From Acaryochloris thomasi RCC1774 (lineage in GTDB: Bacteria; Cyanobacteriota; Cyanobacteriia; Thermosynechococcales; Thermosynechococcaceae): 24,555 bases of DNA. Shown piece by piece: positions 24,256 to 24,555 of this stretch. The notes below the pieces were generated by a model. That model ran no database searches and was not told where the DNA came from. It saw only the letters and a program-made list of their open reading frames with translations. Positions within the stretch are counted from its first letter, which is position 1. The number at the start of each line of letters is the position of its first letter. Both the position numbers and the translations under genes were made by a program. The DNA lies in the NCBI RefSeq assembly GCF_003231495.1, contig NZ_PQWO01000039.1:1-24555 (forward strand). Reading direction: 5' to 3'.

Positions 24256-24555
24256 CAGCATAGGTTTCAGGCGTTATTTTTCGCCTTTTTCAGAGCACCT
24301 AAATCGATGTATCTCTTTCTATGTATAGGTTTGAGAGAAATAACTTTTTCAGTATTGAGCTTATAAACCGATGAAAGCCTTACAGGTATTGTCTTTCATC
24401 GGTTTCCGTTACAGATGAAGTCATAGTGTGTTGTTCCAGAGTAGGTCTACTACTCCAGGCCAAATACTAAAAATGCTGAATTACGAGTCACAGTCTGTTG
24501 CTTCTGATGAGAATGCTCTACTCACTGATCACTTTCTTTAGTGCGCTCATTGCGA
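24203..24555. mobile_element. Other arm of the ~480-bp Tn3-family-like miniature element (tip at 24203, interior to the right)
   Basis: It begins with the 42-nt IR GGTGTTTAGGGTACATCGGAACAGAAAACAACGCTAAGGCTG, preceded by TATTT. Subterminal ATAGGTTT motifs are repeated. There is an internal 13-bp-stem hairpin at 24365..24405 (AAACCGATGAAAG ... CTTTCATCGGTTT). No ORF. Confidence 0.65.

Overview
The window reads as a small, mobilizable plasmid, probably cyanobacterial. I spotted three HIP1 octamers (GCGATCGC) at 789, 9971 and 19832, and there is a pentapeptide-repeat protein and cyanobacterial-style IS debris. It is very likely a complete circle. The two window ends carry the two inverted ends of one 480-bp Tn3-type miniature element, flanked by the same 5-bp duplication (TATTT). 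Removing that element restores an interrupted gene. About half the window (8630..20274) is a higher-GC backbone. It holds a MOBF TrwC/TraI-type relaxase-helicase with a divergent three-gene leader-like operon, a HEAT-like protein and two antitoxin/PIN pairs. It also holds a putative Rep, a ParA/ParG-like partition cassette bracketed by TAGCGAA repeat arrays, and a small tyrosine recombinase. The other half (20280..24555 plus 1..8600) is visibly AT-richer accessory DNA in which cargo modules alternate with transposase remnants. The cargo modules are: (1) a signal-less S8 subtilase with a free-standing paralog of its own prodomain; (2) a small Gly-zipper helical protein plus a lipoprotein; (3) an M6/InhA-like metalloprotease; (4) a transmembrane pentapeptide-repeat protein plus an unannotated 56-aa secreted Cys peptide; (5) a PD-(D/E)xK-like protein cut by the miniature element. 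The remnants come from several families: ISKra4-like, ISKra4/ISLre2-like, Tn3, IS6 and a serine recombinase. My best candidates for an undescribed system are the subtilase/prodomain-paralog operon (1092..3215), the interrupted nuclease-like gene (23251..24202 plus 133..170), and the lipoprotein/helical-protein pair with the nearby M6 protease (4087..7658). All family calls come from motifs read by eye and from memory. No searches were run.
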